NCBI GenBank assembly: GCA_011364965.1
Contig: RDOB01000004.1
Span: 96,001-160,000 of the forward strand
Length of the DNA: 64,000 nt
Direction of reading: 5' to 3'
Origin: Candidatus Heimdallarchaeota archaeon
Lineage (GTDB): Archaea; Asgardarchaeota; Heimdallarchaeia; Hodarchaeales; Hodarchaeaceae
In this document: positions 44,532 to 54,447 of the stretch, one piece after another
Numbering within the stretch: position 1 is the stretch's first letter
How the letters are laid out: each line of letters opens with the position of its first letter
The notes under the pieces: model-generated
Databases searched by the model: none
What the model was told of the DNA's origin: nothing
What the model saw: the letters and a program-made list of their open reading frames with translations, nothing else
Program-made: the position numbers and the translations under genes

Positions 44532-47500
44532 ATGGTTACACTTAAGTATTCATTAAGAAAGTGTTTTCTAGTTATTCAGTGCTTTTTTATATTAAGCTTA
44601 GTAGTTCTCCCAGTATCATCTTTTTCAGGGTTTAATATCAATTTAAGTTTGAAAGATACATCTTCTGGTCTCTCCTCAACAGATATGGATCAAAATACTA
44701 TTCTGAATTCTATTTCAACGAACGAGGATTTAGCTGAAAATCTAACTTTCGATCTTGAGGAATTACTGAATTATATTGATGGTTTACACAACTCTCAAGT
44801 TGGTATATTCAAAGAAGCCGCTAATGGTTACGAAACATCAATTGCAACTTTTGAAGCACTTTCCACTTTGAGGTTTTTTGGGTTAGATTATCATTTGTTT
44901 GGAAACGATTGGCAACTTCGAGAAGATAAAATCTCAACTAAATTGATAATAGATTTATTAGATAGTTCTGGCGGATTCTTACTAACAGAAGAATCTTCAA
45001 AACCTACATTAGAGGGAACTTATGGTGTTGTTTCAGCTTTGTGGATAATGTATGAAGTTTCCCCTACTAAACTAAAAGGAAAAGCCTCTGCTTTAATGGA
45101 TTTTGTTATTAATGACACTTATGACAAGGAAATCGGAGCCTTTGCTGAAACAAATCAAGAAGCTTCTCTTGAGGCCACATTCAAAGCACTAACTATCCTC
45201 GATCTTATACAAAAAACAGCTGTAATTCCAGCCTATATTGATGAAACGATTACTCCAAGAGTTAATAATACGGTATATGAGTTTATGAAAAACTATACGG
45301 AGGATTTATCATTATTCATTAATGGTAATTTTGTAAATGGAACACATTTTGATTCTTATAATCCATTAAATACACCTCTAGAGGATACATGGTATGCATT
45401 ACAATCTATTGCGGTGTTAGAAAGATTTAATGAAGATTTAGGATTATCTATGACAGAAAATCTTCAGTATTATAAGGATTCTGTTGTTAATTGGCTTAAA
45501 AATTTGCAAAAAACCTCAGGAGAAACACAAGGTGGTTTTGGTATAAAAGAATTTGCCACAGTAACAGAAACTGGTTATAGTTTTGCAATTCTAAACCTTC
45601 TTAATTCAACAGATATGGTGGATCGTAAAAAAGCAATTTCATTCATTTACGCTTCACAATTTCTTAAAAGAGAGAATAGAACGTATTCAACCGTTGAAGA
45701 AGAGCAAATTGGGGGATTTGGTCCTAATAATCTGACTTATTCCAGCAAAACAGAGAATCATAGAATCAATGTACATGATACATATTTTGCCAGTCTATCC
45801 CTGCTTTTATCAGGAGCGATTTTTGAATCCACAGAAACTAGTATAATAACAAGCCGATACAAAGAACAGAGTTCTATAAATAAAACTAATCTAATAATTC
45901 AAGGAGAACTCGCTACTATTGAATTAAGTTTTAAAGTGTACAATTTTAAAACCCATGGTTCTCTGGATCTATCCACAACGGTTGATAACTGGAATCTGTC
46001 TTATTCTTCATATAGAGAAACAAATCCTACTTTCAGAGGAAAATCAAGCGCCATTTATAGCATTCAACTAGAGAATGATTCTGAATCGAATTTCAATTGG
46101 ACATTGGGTGGCCATCTTATAGCAAACAAAATTTCTATCCGTCATCTCCCAGTGATTAAATCACCAAGCTATTTGTTAAACGATATACTCTTTGTTTCGT
46201 ATAAATCTTTGGTGCATTTCAATCAATCAACAATTGCTCCAGGAGATAATATCTCAACAACAATTTACTATCAAAATAAATCAATCAATTCTTTCGAGAT
46301 ATTCAATATAACATCTGGATTGGTAAGTGCAACCCTTACCAAAGCTAATGCAGAAGAAGAAGTACTTTTTATTGATAAAACAATCAATGAGACAATAGGG
46401 GCAATTAAAATCTTTATTAACATTTCTAAGCAAGCAGTGCTTGGAACTTGGAGCTTAAACCTGACATATCAGCAATCAAGCTTTATATTAATGTCTATTT
46501 TCAAAATAGAAGTAACAGATACAATTATGCTATACAATATTGATGGTTTACCAGAATATTACCCAGGAGAATTTATGAATCTTAATGTATCGTTGAAATA
46601 CTCGAGTGGCCAATTTACACCTAAAGCTAATGCTACTATAGCCTTTATTAGTAATTCAACGAGTAATGAGGTATTTTACTTGAATTTAAGACATTCTAAT
46701 GGCAATATATATACTGCTATGGAACAAGAATGTCCTAGAAGATATCTAAAGGGTTTCTATAATATTTCAGTCAAATTTACTTGGAATTCTTCCTCCTCTA
46801 TCCAACCAAAATCAGTTAAGAATGATAGCTTGCGTACAATTCAAATCGGAGGGGAAGCAGTTTTATCAGAAGTGGAATTGTCTTCAGATCAGAGAGGAAA
46901 TCTTACTTTTGTTGCTAATAACATAATTTATTTTGGAGAGACAATAAATTTATCATTAACAATCGGATTTATTACTGATTCAGGAATAAACTATAGAACA
47001 AATGATACTATTAATATTAAGGGAGGTTTGATAAATAACTCTATCCCCAAGGCCTATATTCAACTCTTAAATACAATTATTGATAATGACTCAATAGTTT
47101 TGAGAGGCATGATCAGTACAAATTTACCCAAAGAGACATTTGGCTCAAGATTTCAGATAAAATCAGAATGGAATGGCTCCTATATCTATCTATTGGATCC
47201 AAATAATATTAATAGATCAATAGGGTATAATTTTACCTTGGATGGACAATTTCTTATCTCAGATATAAATTACATAGGAGGTACTTTATCAAGAGGGCTA
47301 TTTACCTATGCTTTGGATACTACAACCACAGTTATAATATCTTTTCGAGTAGTTAATGGAAAATTAGATAATATCAGCATTGCAAATTTAAATCTCTATG
47401 CAATATTAGATATACTAGACGATGAATCAGATTTAATCAATCAAACCCTCCCCAGTATTACTGAAGGACGAGATGCCAATGATACATCCATATACTTCCT

Positions 47501-47720
47501 TTCTGTTCCGATAACAAATTTAAAACCTAAAGATTACCAGATATCGCTTTATACTAAAACTGCTTTTTCCAAGAATCTATTGATAGGGCAGCTACTTCCT
47601 GGTATGAAAATAGTAACGAAACTCTCCCCTCAACCACTTTTTCAAGTTCATGAAGTCTTAATTCTTATAGGAGTCGGTTTTCTTGCTATTCTTCTATATT
47701 TGAATCTAAAACGGGGGTAA
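44532..47720 (+). CDS. Large secreted glycoprotein: prenyltransferase/squalene-cyclase-type alpha/alpha repeats, beta-sandwich domains, C-terminal TM anchor
   Basis: Signal peptide; repeated 'GGF...T(Y/F/W)..(L/V)..L' units; many N-x-S/T sequons; terminal hydrophobic helix followed by KRG. Confidence 0.72.
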   Translation: MVTLKYSLRKCFLVIQCFFILSLVVLPVSSFSGFNINLSLKDTSSGLSSTDMDQNTILNSISTNEDLAENLTFDLEELLNYIDGLHNSQVGIFKEAANGYETSIATFEALSTLRFFGLDYHLFGNDWQLREDKISTKLIIDLLDSSGGFLLTEESSKPTLEGTYGVVSALWIMYEVSPTKLKGKASALMDFVINDTYDKEIGAFAETNQEASLEATFKALTILDLIQKTAVIPAYIDETITPRVNNTVYEFMKNYTEDLSLFINGNFVNGTHFDSYNPLNTPLEDTWYALQSIAVLERFNEDLGLSMTENLQYYKDSVVNWLKNLQKTSGETQGGFGIKEFATVTETGYSFAILNLLNSTDMVDRKKAISFIYASQFLKRENRTYSTVEEEQIGGFGPNNLTYSSKTENHRINVHDTYFASLSLLLSGAIFESTETSIITSRYKEQSSINKTNLIIQGELATIELSFKVYNFKTHGSLDLSTTVDNWNLSYSSYRETNPTFRGKSSAIYSIQLENDSESNFNWTLGGHLIANKISIRHLPVIKSPSYLLNDILFVSYKSLVHFNQSTIAPGDNISTTIYYQNKSINSFEIFNITSGLVSATLTKANAEEEVLFIDKTINETIGAIKIFINISKQAVLGTWSLNLTYQQSSFILMSIFKIEVTDTIMLYNIDGLPEYYPGEFMNLNVSLKYSSGQFTPKANATIAFISNSTSNEVFYLNLRHSNGNIYTAMEQECPRRYLKGFYNISVKFTWNSSSSIQPKSVKNDSLRTIQIGGEAVLSEVELSSDQRGNLTFVANNIIYFGETINLSLTIGFITDSGINYRTNDTINIKGGLINNSIPKAYIQLLNTIIDNDSIVLRGMISTNLPKETFGSRFQIKSEWNGSYIYLLDPNNINRSIGYNFTLDGQFLISDINYIGGTLSRGLFTYALDTTTTVIISFRVVNGKLDNISIANLNLYAILDILDDESDLINQTLPSITEGRDANDTSIYFLSVPITNLKPKDYQISLYTKTAFSKNLLIGQLLPGMKIVTKLSPQPLFQVHEVLILIGVGFLAILLYLNLKRG

Positions 47721-48090
47721 TTTGCCTGCTAATATTCGAGATCCAATCTTCAATAAACTTAATGAAATCATTAATGGCAGACCTAGAAATATGAGGAAAA
47801 TGAATTCCTAACAGTACAATAGTGTTTTTACGAGTATTTTTAGCAATAAGACGGGCAATCAGACCAGCTAGCTCACCATCTCGATGTGAGGGAACTGAAA
47901 AACTGTTGCAATTGGCTGAATTATCTCCATTTCTACGAGTATAGGGAAAACCAACTCCTATTCCTCCTAGATGGTCATTAGGGCCAATTATTTCAACAAC
48001 AAGTCCATCACCTTTTAGATAGAAAATCCCCTTTATTTTAAATCTGAGATATTCCGATTCAAAAGTAGCAATCTTTTTCAAAGATTTCAA
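47686..48090 (-). CDS. LpdD / PAC4-like (proteasome-assembly-chaperone fold) protein
   Basis: 'G...HLGG', 'PSHRD..LA..IA', 'V..GIH..HIS..I' pattern. Confidence 0.65.
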   Translation of the reverse strand: MKSLKKIATFESEYLRFKIKGIFYLKGDGLVVEIIGPNDHLGGIGVGFPYTRRNGDNSANCNSFSVPSHRDGELAGLIARLIAKNTRKNTIVLLGIHFPHISRSAINDFIKFIEDWISNISRQITPVLDSNIEE

Positions 48091-48130
48091 CTCATTGAAA
48101 TCAATTTTTGAATTTTAATTCCGAATTTTA

Positions 48131-48613
48131 TTAATCAGCTTCTTCAGATGCATTTTCCTGCATATTATGCTTTTTTTCTTGCAATGATTTGATTTCAGAG
48201 TTAAGAAATCCCAGTTTAGTCTCTAGAGTTCGCAGATTGGTGGTTAATGTCGATTTGTTTGCATTTAATTCTTTTATTGTCTGATTCAGAGATTGTATTT
48301 CTGTTTTCGAATACTCAAGTTCACGGTTCAAGTCCGAAATTTTTTCAGAGTTTGATGTTCTTCTCAATTCGAATGAAGGGATATCATCATCGATCGTCTG
48401 TAAGTGAGAATTCAATTCCTCTATCTTGGACTTAAAAGATTCTTCTTTTTCTGTAAACATTTTTTGCAGATCCTGCAGATCTTTTTGAAGCTCTTCTATT
48501 GATTTTCCTTTCCGTTGGGGAGAATCTTCAACTAGCTGCTCAACTCCTGGTGGTGAACAGACTGGACATGGTGGTCTAATAAAGTAAGATCCACATCTTG
48601 GACATTTTGGCAT
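48131..48613 (-). CDS. Zn-knuckle + coiled-coil protein (paralog B)
   Basis: CPRCGSYF...CPVCSP followed by about 115 aa of heptads. Confidence 0.75.
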   Translation of the reverse strand: MPKCPRCGSYFIRPPCPVCSPPGVEQLVEDSPQRKGKSIEELQKDLQDLQKMFTEKEESFKSKIEELNSHLQTIDDDIPSFELRRTSNSEKISDLNRELEYSKTEIQSLNQTIKELNANKSTLTTNLRTLETKLGFLNSEIKSLQEKKHNMQENASEEAD

Positions 48614-48614
48614 C

Positions 48615-49091
48615 TTATGTCACTCCTACCTCACTTTTAAGATTGGATAATTCTCTTTCTTTATCTGTTATGATCTGTTCCAAAGAATTAATTTTTTGGT
48701 TCAATACTTTTATTTCTTGTTCTATTTTATGTTTTTCAACAGTAGCTCCTTGCTTTTCTTCCTGTTGGGTCTGAAGAGCTATTGTCAACTCACTTATTTT
48801 AGAATCAGAGAGAGATAATTCCTTTTTTGTCTGTTTTCTTACTTCTTCCCGTTCTGTTACATGTTCTGTTATATTTTTAATCTCAGCTTCCGATACTTCT
48901 GTTAAAGTTTGAATTTTCTCCTTCAAATCATCTAATGCTTCAATTAACTCAATAGGATCAACCATTCTGACAGTTTTCTTTTCTTTGACCTCAATTGTCC
49001 TCACAGGAGAATCAGGTGAATCATCTGGTGTACAAAATGGACAAGAAATTTCACTATAATAGGATCCACATTTTTCACAAATTGGAGACAT
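48615..49091 (-). CDS. Zn-knuckle + coiled-coil protein (paralog A)
   Basis: CEKCGSYY...CPFCTP followed by heptads. ATG at 49091 preferred by alignment with paralog B (ORF track start is TTG at 49127). Confidence 0.75.
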   Translation of the reverse strand: MSPICEKCGSYYSEISCPFCTPDDSPDSPVRTIEVKEKKTVRMVDPIELIEALDDLKEKIQTLTEVSEAEIKNITEHVTEREEVRKQTKKELSLSDSKISELTIALQTQQEEKQGATVEKHKIEQEIKVLNQKINSLEQIITDKERELSNLKSEVGVT

Positions 49092-49317
49092 CTTTATCAG
49101 CTCAAATAATTGTTTGTTTGCTACCAAATCTGAAATAGTCTAAAATAACCTTCTAGATAGGTAATTTTCAGTCTTGTATGGAATATAACTTCAATAGATA
49201 GCTTTTAACCCTTTTCATTTAATAGGTTCTATAAAAAATATTTATTCAATTAAATTCTTTTGAGCTATATTAACAAGAAGAATGAGATAACAAAAATTGG
49301 CTTGGAGAAAATAATTT

Positions 49318-51939
49318 ATGGACGATCCACGGGCATTAAGTCATATAAAAACGGTTATGATCTTGCCATTGGGGCAGGACCATACAATACAGCTGTATGG
49401 TTTTTCCCGTGGAAAAATTTCGCAAAGAAAACCTACTATTCGAGGTAAAATCGAATATTTCCTAAAACATGAGAATCTGTGGAGACCCCGCAGACTTTTT
49501 TGGGAAGAAAAAGGAAAATGGATCGCATTTCCCCCTAAAAATACACTCCAAGAATTATTTCAGAAAGCATCCAATATAATTCTAGCAATGGAACTCCCAG
49601 AAGAAGAGAAAAAGGGGATACAGGGATTTTGTCAAGATTTTAACATTTCTATCCCAATTTATGAGAGAAATCTTTGCCCATTTTGTTTATATCACGAGAA
49701 AGTAACAGATTTACATCGAAAAAGGAAATTTATGTTCTATGAAAGAGAGATATGTGATGTTTGTGCAATACAAGAATTAGAAAAAGAATTAAAAGTAAAG
49801 AAAATCGATTTGTTAAACAGTTTACCTATTAGAAAGTATGCTTTGTCAATGCTAAGGCGCTTAGGAGATGTTCATCAAGTTTTAGAGATTTTTACGAGTG
49901 GTAACACGAATATAAGCGATTTAACTCTTGTAAAAAAGGTTGAGAAAGTAGCTGACACAAAATTAGCTCCATATATCAAAGAAATCACTAGTTACAATTT
50001 ACCAGAAGAGATTACGAGGTATCTTAAAATCCGAGAAATTTCAACTTTCCTCCCTATACAAGTAATTGCAATTAAGAAAGGACTCCTAAAGAATCAAAAT
50101 ATGCTAATTATTGCTGACACTAGCGCTGGTAAAACTCTAATAGGAGAACTAGCTGGATTACAACATCTTTTAAAGAAGAAAAAATTTATTTTCACTGTTC
50201 CGCTTGTTGCTCTTGCAAATACCAAGTATGAGGAATTCAGGCAAATTTATGGAAAGGATTTTAAGGTAGGCCTTCGAACAGGACGCTCCCGCATTTTTAA
50301 CTCTATAAAAGAAAGAGAGACATTTTACAGAGACCGCTTTTCTATTAAAGAAGCTGATATCGTTGTTGCTACCTATGAGGGGCTAGATTTACTCCTTCGA
50401 GCAAACCACATTAACTTTAAGGAGATTGGATGTATTGTTATTGATGAAGTTCAATCACTAACTGATGAGGAAAGAGGAGCTACCCTAGATTGCCTAATAG
50501 CTAAAATTAGAGTTCAATCTAGAGAAACTCAAGTAATTGCTCTATCTGCAACAGTTGGAAATCCAAGTGCATTTGCACGAGATCTCAATTTAGTGCTAGC
50601 AACATTTAATCAACGCCCTATTCCTTTAGAAGAACATATTTTGATATCACGTGGTGAAACTGAAAAAAGACGTCAAATATATAGATTGGTAAAGAAAGAA
50701 AGACAAATTAACTCGTCAAAAGGGTTTATGGGGCAAACAATTGTATTTACAAACTCAAGAAGGAAAACTGTTGAAATTTCGGAATATTTACGTTCATCAG
50801 GGATAATAAAAGCTCATGCTTATCATTCTGGTTTAGCTTTTAATCAAAGAAAACGAATCGAAATGGATTTCTCATCAGGAATATCTCCAGTTGTAGTAAG
50901 TACATATGCCCTTGGTGCTGGGGTGGATTTTCCTGCCTCTCAAGTAATCTTTGAATCTTTGATGATGGGTAATCAGATTTTAGAATCGAACAGCTTCACC
51001 CAAATGACTGGGAGAGCTGGAAGATTAGGCAAACATGATCGCGGACAGGTTGTTTTACTTTGTAGTGGAGAATCTATTTCTTCTCTTGATAACAGGAGTG
51101 AAATTGAGATTGCATTTGAACTCCTCAAAGCAAATTTGATTCCCATTGAACCAAATCATTCCGAGGATTCCTGTGGGTCTCAAATTTTATCAATTTGTTC
51201 AATGAGGAAAAGCCTTTCTCCAGCTAAAGCAAAATCAATATATGAAACCATGATTGGAACTAGTTCATTTAGTTTTATGCGAATCACAAATTATTTAATC
51301 CAAAATGGACTCATTCAACTAAAAAATAGAGAGAAACAGCGCTTTCTGCAACTAACACCATTAGGAAGAGCAGGAGTACTTTCATTTTACTCCCCTGTGA
51401 AGATCAAATCAATAACATCTCAGCTTGGGAAAAAAAGAGAATTCCTAAGTATAGCTTTAGAAGCGAGTTCTCCTAAAAACGTCTATCTTTCAAAAAAATT
51501 GCATTCATATCTGGAGAAAACATATCACATGCGTTTTTCAACACGATTAATAAATAGTCCTGTTTTAGATGTGATGAGCGCCTCTCTAAAAGGGAAAGAA
51601 CCTACGGAACTAAGCAAATGGTGTTTAACAATTTTTGCTAAATGGACTCAGAATTTCTTTAATTGCGAATGTAAAGAAAATCCATTTTGTGAGCATGGAA
51701 GTGAGCAAATAGGAAGATACTTGATAAGAGAACGCTTAAAGGGAAAAGATATTGATCAAATCTCAAGAAAGATTGGACAATTTGAATTCTTGATATATCC
51801 AGGAGATATTCTATCATTCTTGAATACATTAATTCATGAGCTTGAGGGGATTCAACGGATTTGTATTGCGCTTAATTATGAACAAATATCTTCTGAAATT
51901 GAAAAGATGATCAAAAATCTAGAAATACCTTCATCCTAG
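49318..51939 (+). CDS. Archaea-specific SF2 helicase (COG1202 / ASH-Ski2, DUF5814)
   Basis: N-terminal CPFC..CDVC, 'TSAGKTLIGELAG', DEVQ, SAT, QMTGRAGR, C-terminal C.CKENPFC.H and 'YPGD'. Confidence 0.9.
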   Translation: MDDPRALSHIKTVMILPLGQDHTIQLYGFSRGKISQRKPTIRGKIEYFLKHENLWRPRRLFWEEKGKWIAFPPKNTLQELFQKASNIILAMELPEEEKKGIQGFCQDFNISIPIYERNLCPFCLYHEKVTDLHRKRKFMFYEREICDVCAIQELEKELKVKKIDLLNSLPIRKYALSMLRRLGDVHQVLEIFTSGNTNISDLTLVKKVEKVADTKLAPYIKEITSYNLPEEITRYLKIREISTFLPIQVIAIKKGLLKNQNMLIIADTSAGKTLIGELAGLQHLLKKKKFIFTVPLVALANTKYEEFRQIYGKDFKVGLRTGRSRIFNSIKERETFYRDRFSIKEADIVVATYEGLDLLLRANHINFKEIGCIVIDEVQSLTDEERGATLDCLIAKIRVQSRETQVIALSATVGNPSAFARDLNLVLATFNQRPIPLEEHILISRGETEKRRQIYRLVKKERQINSSKGFMGQTIVFTNSRRKTVEISEYLRSSGIIKAHAYHSGLAFNQRKRIEMDFSSGISPVVVSTYALGAGVDFPASQVIFESLMMGNQILESNSFTQMTGRAGRLGKHDRGQVVLLCSGESISSLDNRSEIEIAFELLKANLIPIEPNHSEDSCGSQILSICSMRKSLSPAKAKSIYETMIGTSSFSFMRITNYLIQNGLIQLKNREKQRFLQLTPLGRAGVLSFYSPVKIKSITSQLGKKREFLSIALEASSPKNVYLSKKLHSYLEKTYHMRFSTRLINSPVLDVMSASLKGKEPTELSKWCLTIFAKWTQNFFNCECKENPFCEHGSEQIGRYLIRERLKGKDIDQISRKIGQFEFLIYPGDILSFLNTLIHELEGIQRICIALNYEQISSEIEKMIKNLEIPSS

Positions 51940-51965
51940 AAATAATTATTGCTTAATTGATTTTC

Positions 51966-52169
51966 CTAGAGCTCTCCTTTTCGGGATCTATAATCTTTAA
52001 GCAGTAATCCTAATCCAGCAAATGCAATTAAAAAGCCAATAATGTAAAATAGGGCAACCTGCCATGTACTCATGGTGCCACCGAAACCTGCAATAATTAA
52101 TCCCCCCATAATTAATATTGATCCGATTAAGCGATTATCAACCATATTATTAATTCCCTTCAATATCAA
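51966..52169 (-). CDS. Small 2-TM membrane protein
   Basis: Two Gly-rich hydrophobic helices; probable start at the internal ATG (MVDNR). Confidence 0.6.
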   Translation of the reverse strand: MILKGINNMVDNRLIGSILIMGGLIIAGFGGTMSTWQVALFYIIGFLIAFAGLGLLLKDYRSRKGEL

Positions 52170-52209
52170 TGTGCTTTCATTAAGGAGAAGAATGGAGTAA
52201 TTGAGAGAT

Positions 52210-53613
52210 TTAGGCTGAAATCTTATATTTTTTCATAAGCTTGGATATCTCGTTATTAACGATTTCTTCTGCGAATTTAGTATAATATGATAAATGTCCG
52301 TCAGAATATGCCTCAGCTCGAAAAGAAATCGCAGGTTCTGTCCCACTTTTACGGATGAGTATCCATCCATCTTCGAATTCTGCTCTTATCCCATCTAATG
52401 TTATTATTTTCTCGGTTTCCTTCATAAGCGTTTGCTTAAGATTGGTAACTACTTCAGATTTAATTGAATCATTGCAAGGCACTCTTACCTCGTCAGATGT
52501 ATAATAAGAAGGTAATGAAGCAATTTTAGTCGAAATACCTCCTTCATATTCAGGTAATAACTCCAATAAACGAAGAGCAGAATATATGGCATCATCAAAG
52601 CCATAGTAATCATACCCAAAGTAGTAATGTCCACTTAACTCACCTGCAAAAGCAGCTTTAGATCTTATTAATTCTTCATGAATCCAAGAGTGTCCTACTT
52701 TTGTATACTTAATATGAGCTCCCTTTCCTGATAGATAATCATATGTAGCGCGGGAAGTCTTTATATCAACTAATATCTTTGCATTCGATTGGTATTTTAA
52801 CATTAATTCCCCAAAAAGCATTATTATATGATCGGGCTTGATAATTACTCCTTTGTCATCCACAAATCCCACACGATCTCCATCAGTATCAAAACCTATC
52901 CCTAGCTGATAACTATCTTTTTTCATTTCTTCTTGGATGAATCTTAGTGATGAAGCTTTAGCCGGATCTGGAATCATTATAGGAAAGTGACCATCTGGTT
53001 CAGGATGAAGGGGATTAACTAGGACGCTGAAAGATTGGAGTAAAGGAATAAATGGAAAGCAGGAACCGTTTCCGACTTCGATGATAATTTTCAAATCTTT
53101 TTGGAGATTAGATTTCATTTTCTGGAAATCCCAATATTGATTTGCAGAAATTTTTGTTGAAGACAATTGTTGACCATATTCTAAATGATCAACATTAGCA
53201 ATTTGGCTACTATCTATCATCTTTTTTATCTTAATAAAGAGATTATCAAAATAGAACGATATTCCGTTGTTATCGCATACCTTGATTCCATTATACTCAA
53301 TCGGATTATGGCTAGCAGTTACCATTAGTCCAAAATCTATATTCTCGTTATGAGCAGCTAAAAAATAAATTGTGGGGGTAGTACATATTCCAATATCTAA
53401 AACGTTGCATCCAACTTCCATTAAACCTGCTTTAAGAGCTGAAACAATTATCGGAGAGGAAAGACGAACGTCTGAGCCAATCACAACATTTTTTCTGATT
53501 CCAAAAAAAGTACCGAACGCTTTACCCAAGTCTAAGACATCTTTAGTTGAAAATTGAGACGGAAATTTACCTCTTATATCATAGGTTTTAAATATGTGTT
53601 TATCTATTCCCAT
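52210..53613 (-). CDS. Phosphomannomutase/phosphoglucomutase
   Basis: 'YDIRG', TASHNP, FDTDGDR, GELSGH, 'RKSGTEP'. Confidence 0.93.
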   Translation of the reverse strand: MGIDKHIFKTYDIRGKFPSQFSTKDVLDLGKAFGTFFGIRKNVVIGSDVRLSSPIIVSALKAGLMEVGCNVLDIGICTTPTIYFLAAHNENIDFGLMVTASHNPIEYNGIKVCDNNGISFYFDNLFIKIKKMIDSSQIANVDHLEYGQQLSSTKISANQYWDFQKMKSNLQKDLKIIIEVGNGSCFPFIPLLQSFSVLVNPLHPEPDGHFPIMIPDPAKASSLRFIQEEMKKDSYQLGIGFDTDGDRVGFVDDKGVIIKPDHIIMLFGELMLKYQSNAKILVDIKTSRATYDYLSGKGAHIKYTKVGHSWIHEELIRSKAAFAGELSGHYYFGYDYYGFDDAIYSALRLLELLPEYEGGISTKIASLPSYYTSDEVRVPCNDSIKSEVVTNLKQTLMKETEKIITLDGIRAEFEDGWILIRKSGTEPAISFRAEAYSDGHLSYYTKFAEEIVNNEISKLMKKYKISA

Positions 53614-53658
53614 TGAAACATCAAAATCCTTTGGTGTTTTTTTAATTTTAAATGATCT

Positions 53659-54447
53659 TTATTTATTTTTAAAAAAATTATCCAATTTTGGTTTTTTCCT
53701 TTGAAGAATTAATTGTAAAGGAGGCCAATTCCACTTATATCGAATGAAGGGGTATTTTCGGTTGTAAATTTTGTCAGAATATTCCTGCAAAAACTCTATA
53801 ATGTTTGTATCCGCTGGGTTTGGGTAACCACGACCTAATTGGTAATTTGGAAGATTCCACTTTGCTTCAATTTCTCTTAACTTGCTATCTCGGTGAGTTT
53901 TAGCCACACAAGATGCAGCAGATACTATAGGAAAATCTCTATCAGCTTTTTTTGAGATTTTAATAATTCGTTCTTGAATTTCATTCTTAATAGAAAACCG
54001 TATACATTTAGAGTCAGTGAAGAGAATTTTAGACCTAAAATCGGGTGATTTTTCTTGAAAATACCTCATCAAAACCTCATATGAATACTTCGGAGTAGAT
54101 AAATTATCAATTATGATTTCAGAAGAATCTAATCTAAAAATGATATCAGCAAAATGCCTAAGTTCCAGCAAATTTAAATTATCGTGTGGTCGATTATCTA
54201 AAGTCACATCAATATCCTGAGCTTGAATTTCTATAATTTCTAACTCTGTGGCTTTCTCCTCAATAATTGAGGATAATTTTGCTCGTTTTCTCTCTCCTTT
54301 TACTCCATTGAATAACTTAGAATCTTTTAATCCTAATTTTGAAATCTGTTTTAGGTTTTCCTGATCTAATGATATACCAGCTATGATTAGAGGGCCAACA
54401 AGACTTCCACGACCAGCTTCATCTATTCCAGATATTAGCAATCCCAT
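53659..54447 (-). CDS. rnhB: Ribonuclease HII
   Basis: GIDEAGRG, DSK, KAD..P.VSAAS..AK, GYP; PIP-box-like C-terminus 'KLDNFF'. Confidence 0.92.
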   Translation of the reverse strand: MGLLISGIDEAGRGSLVGPLIIAGISLDQENLKQISKLGLKDSKLFNGVKGERKRAKLSSIIEEKATELEIIEIQAQDIDVTLDNRPHDNLNLLELRHFADIIFRLDSSEIIIDNLSTPKYSYEVLMRYFQEKSPDFRSKILFTDSKCIRFSIKNEIQERIIKISKKADRDFPIVSAASCVAKTHRDSKLREIEAKWNLPNYQLGRGYPNPADTNIIEFLQEYSDKIYNRKYPFIRYKWNWPPLQLILQRKKPKLDNFFKNK

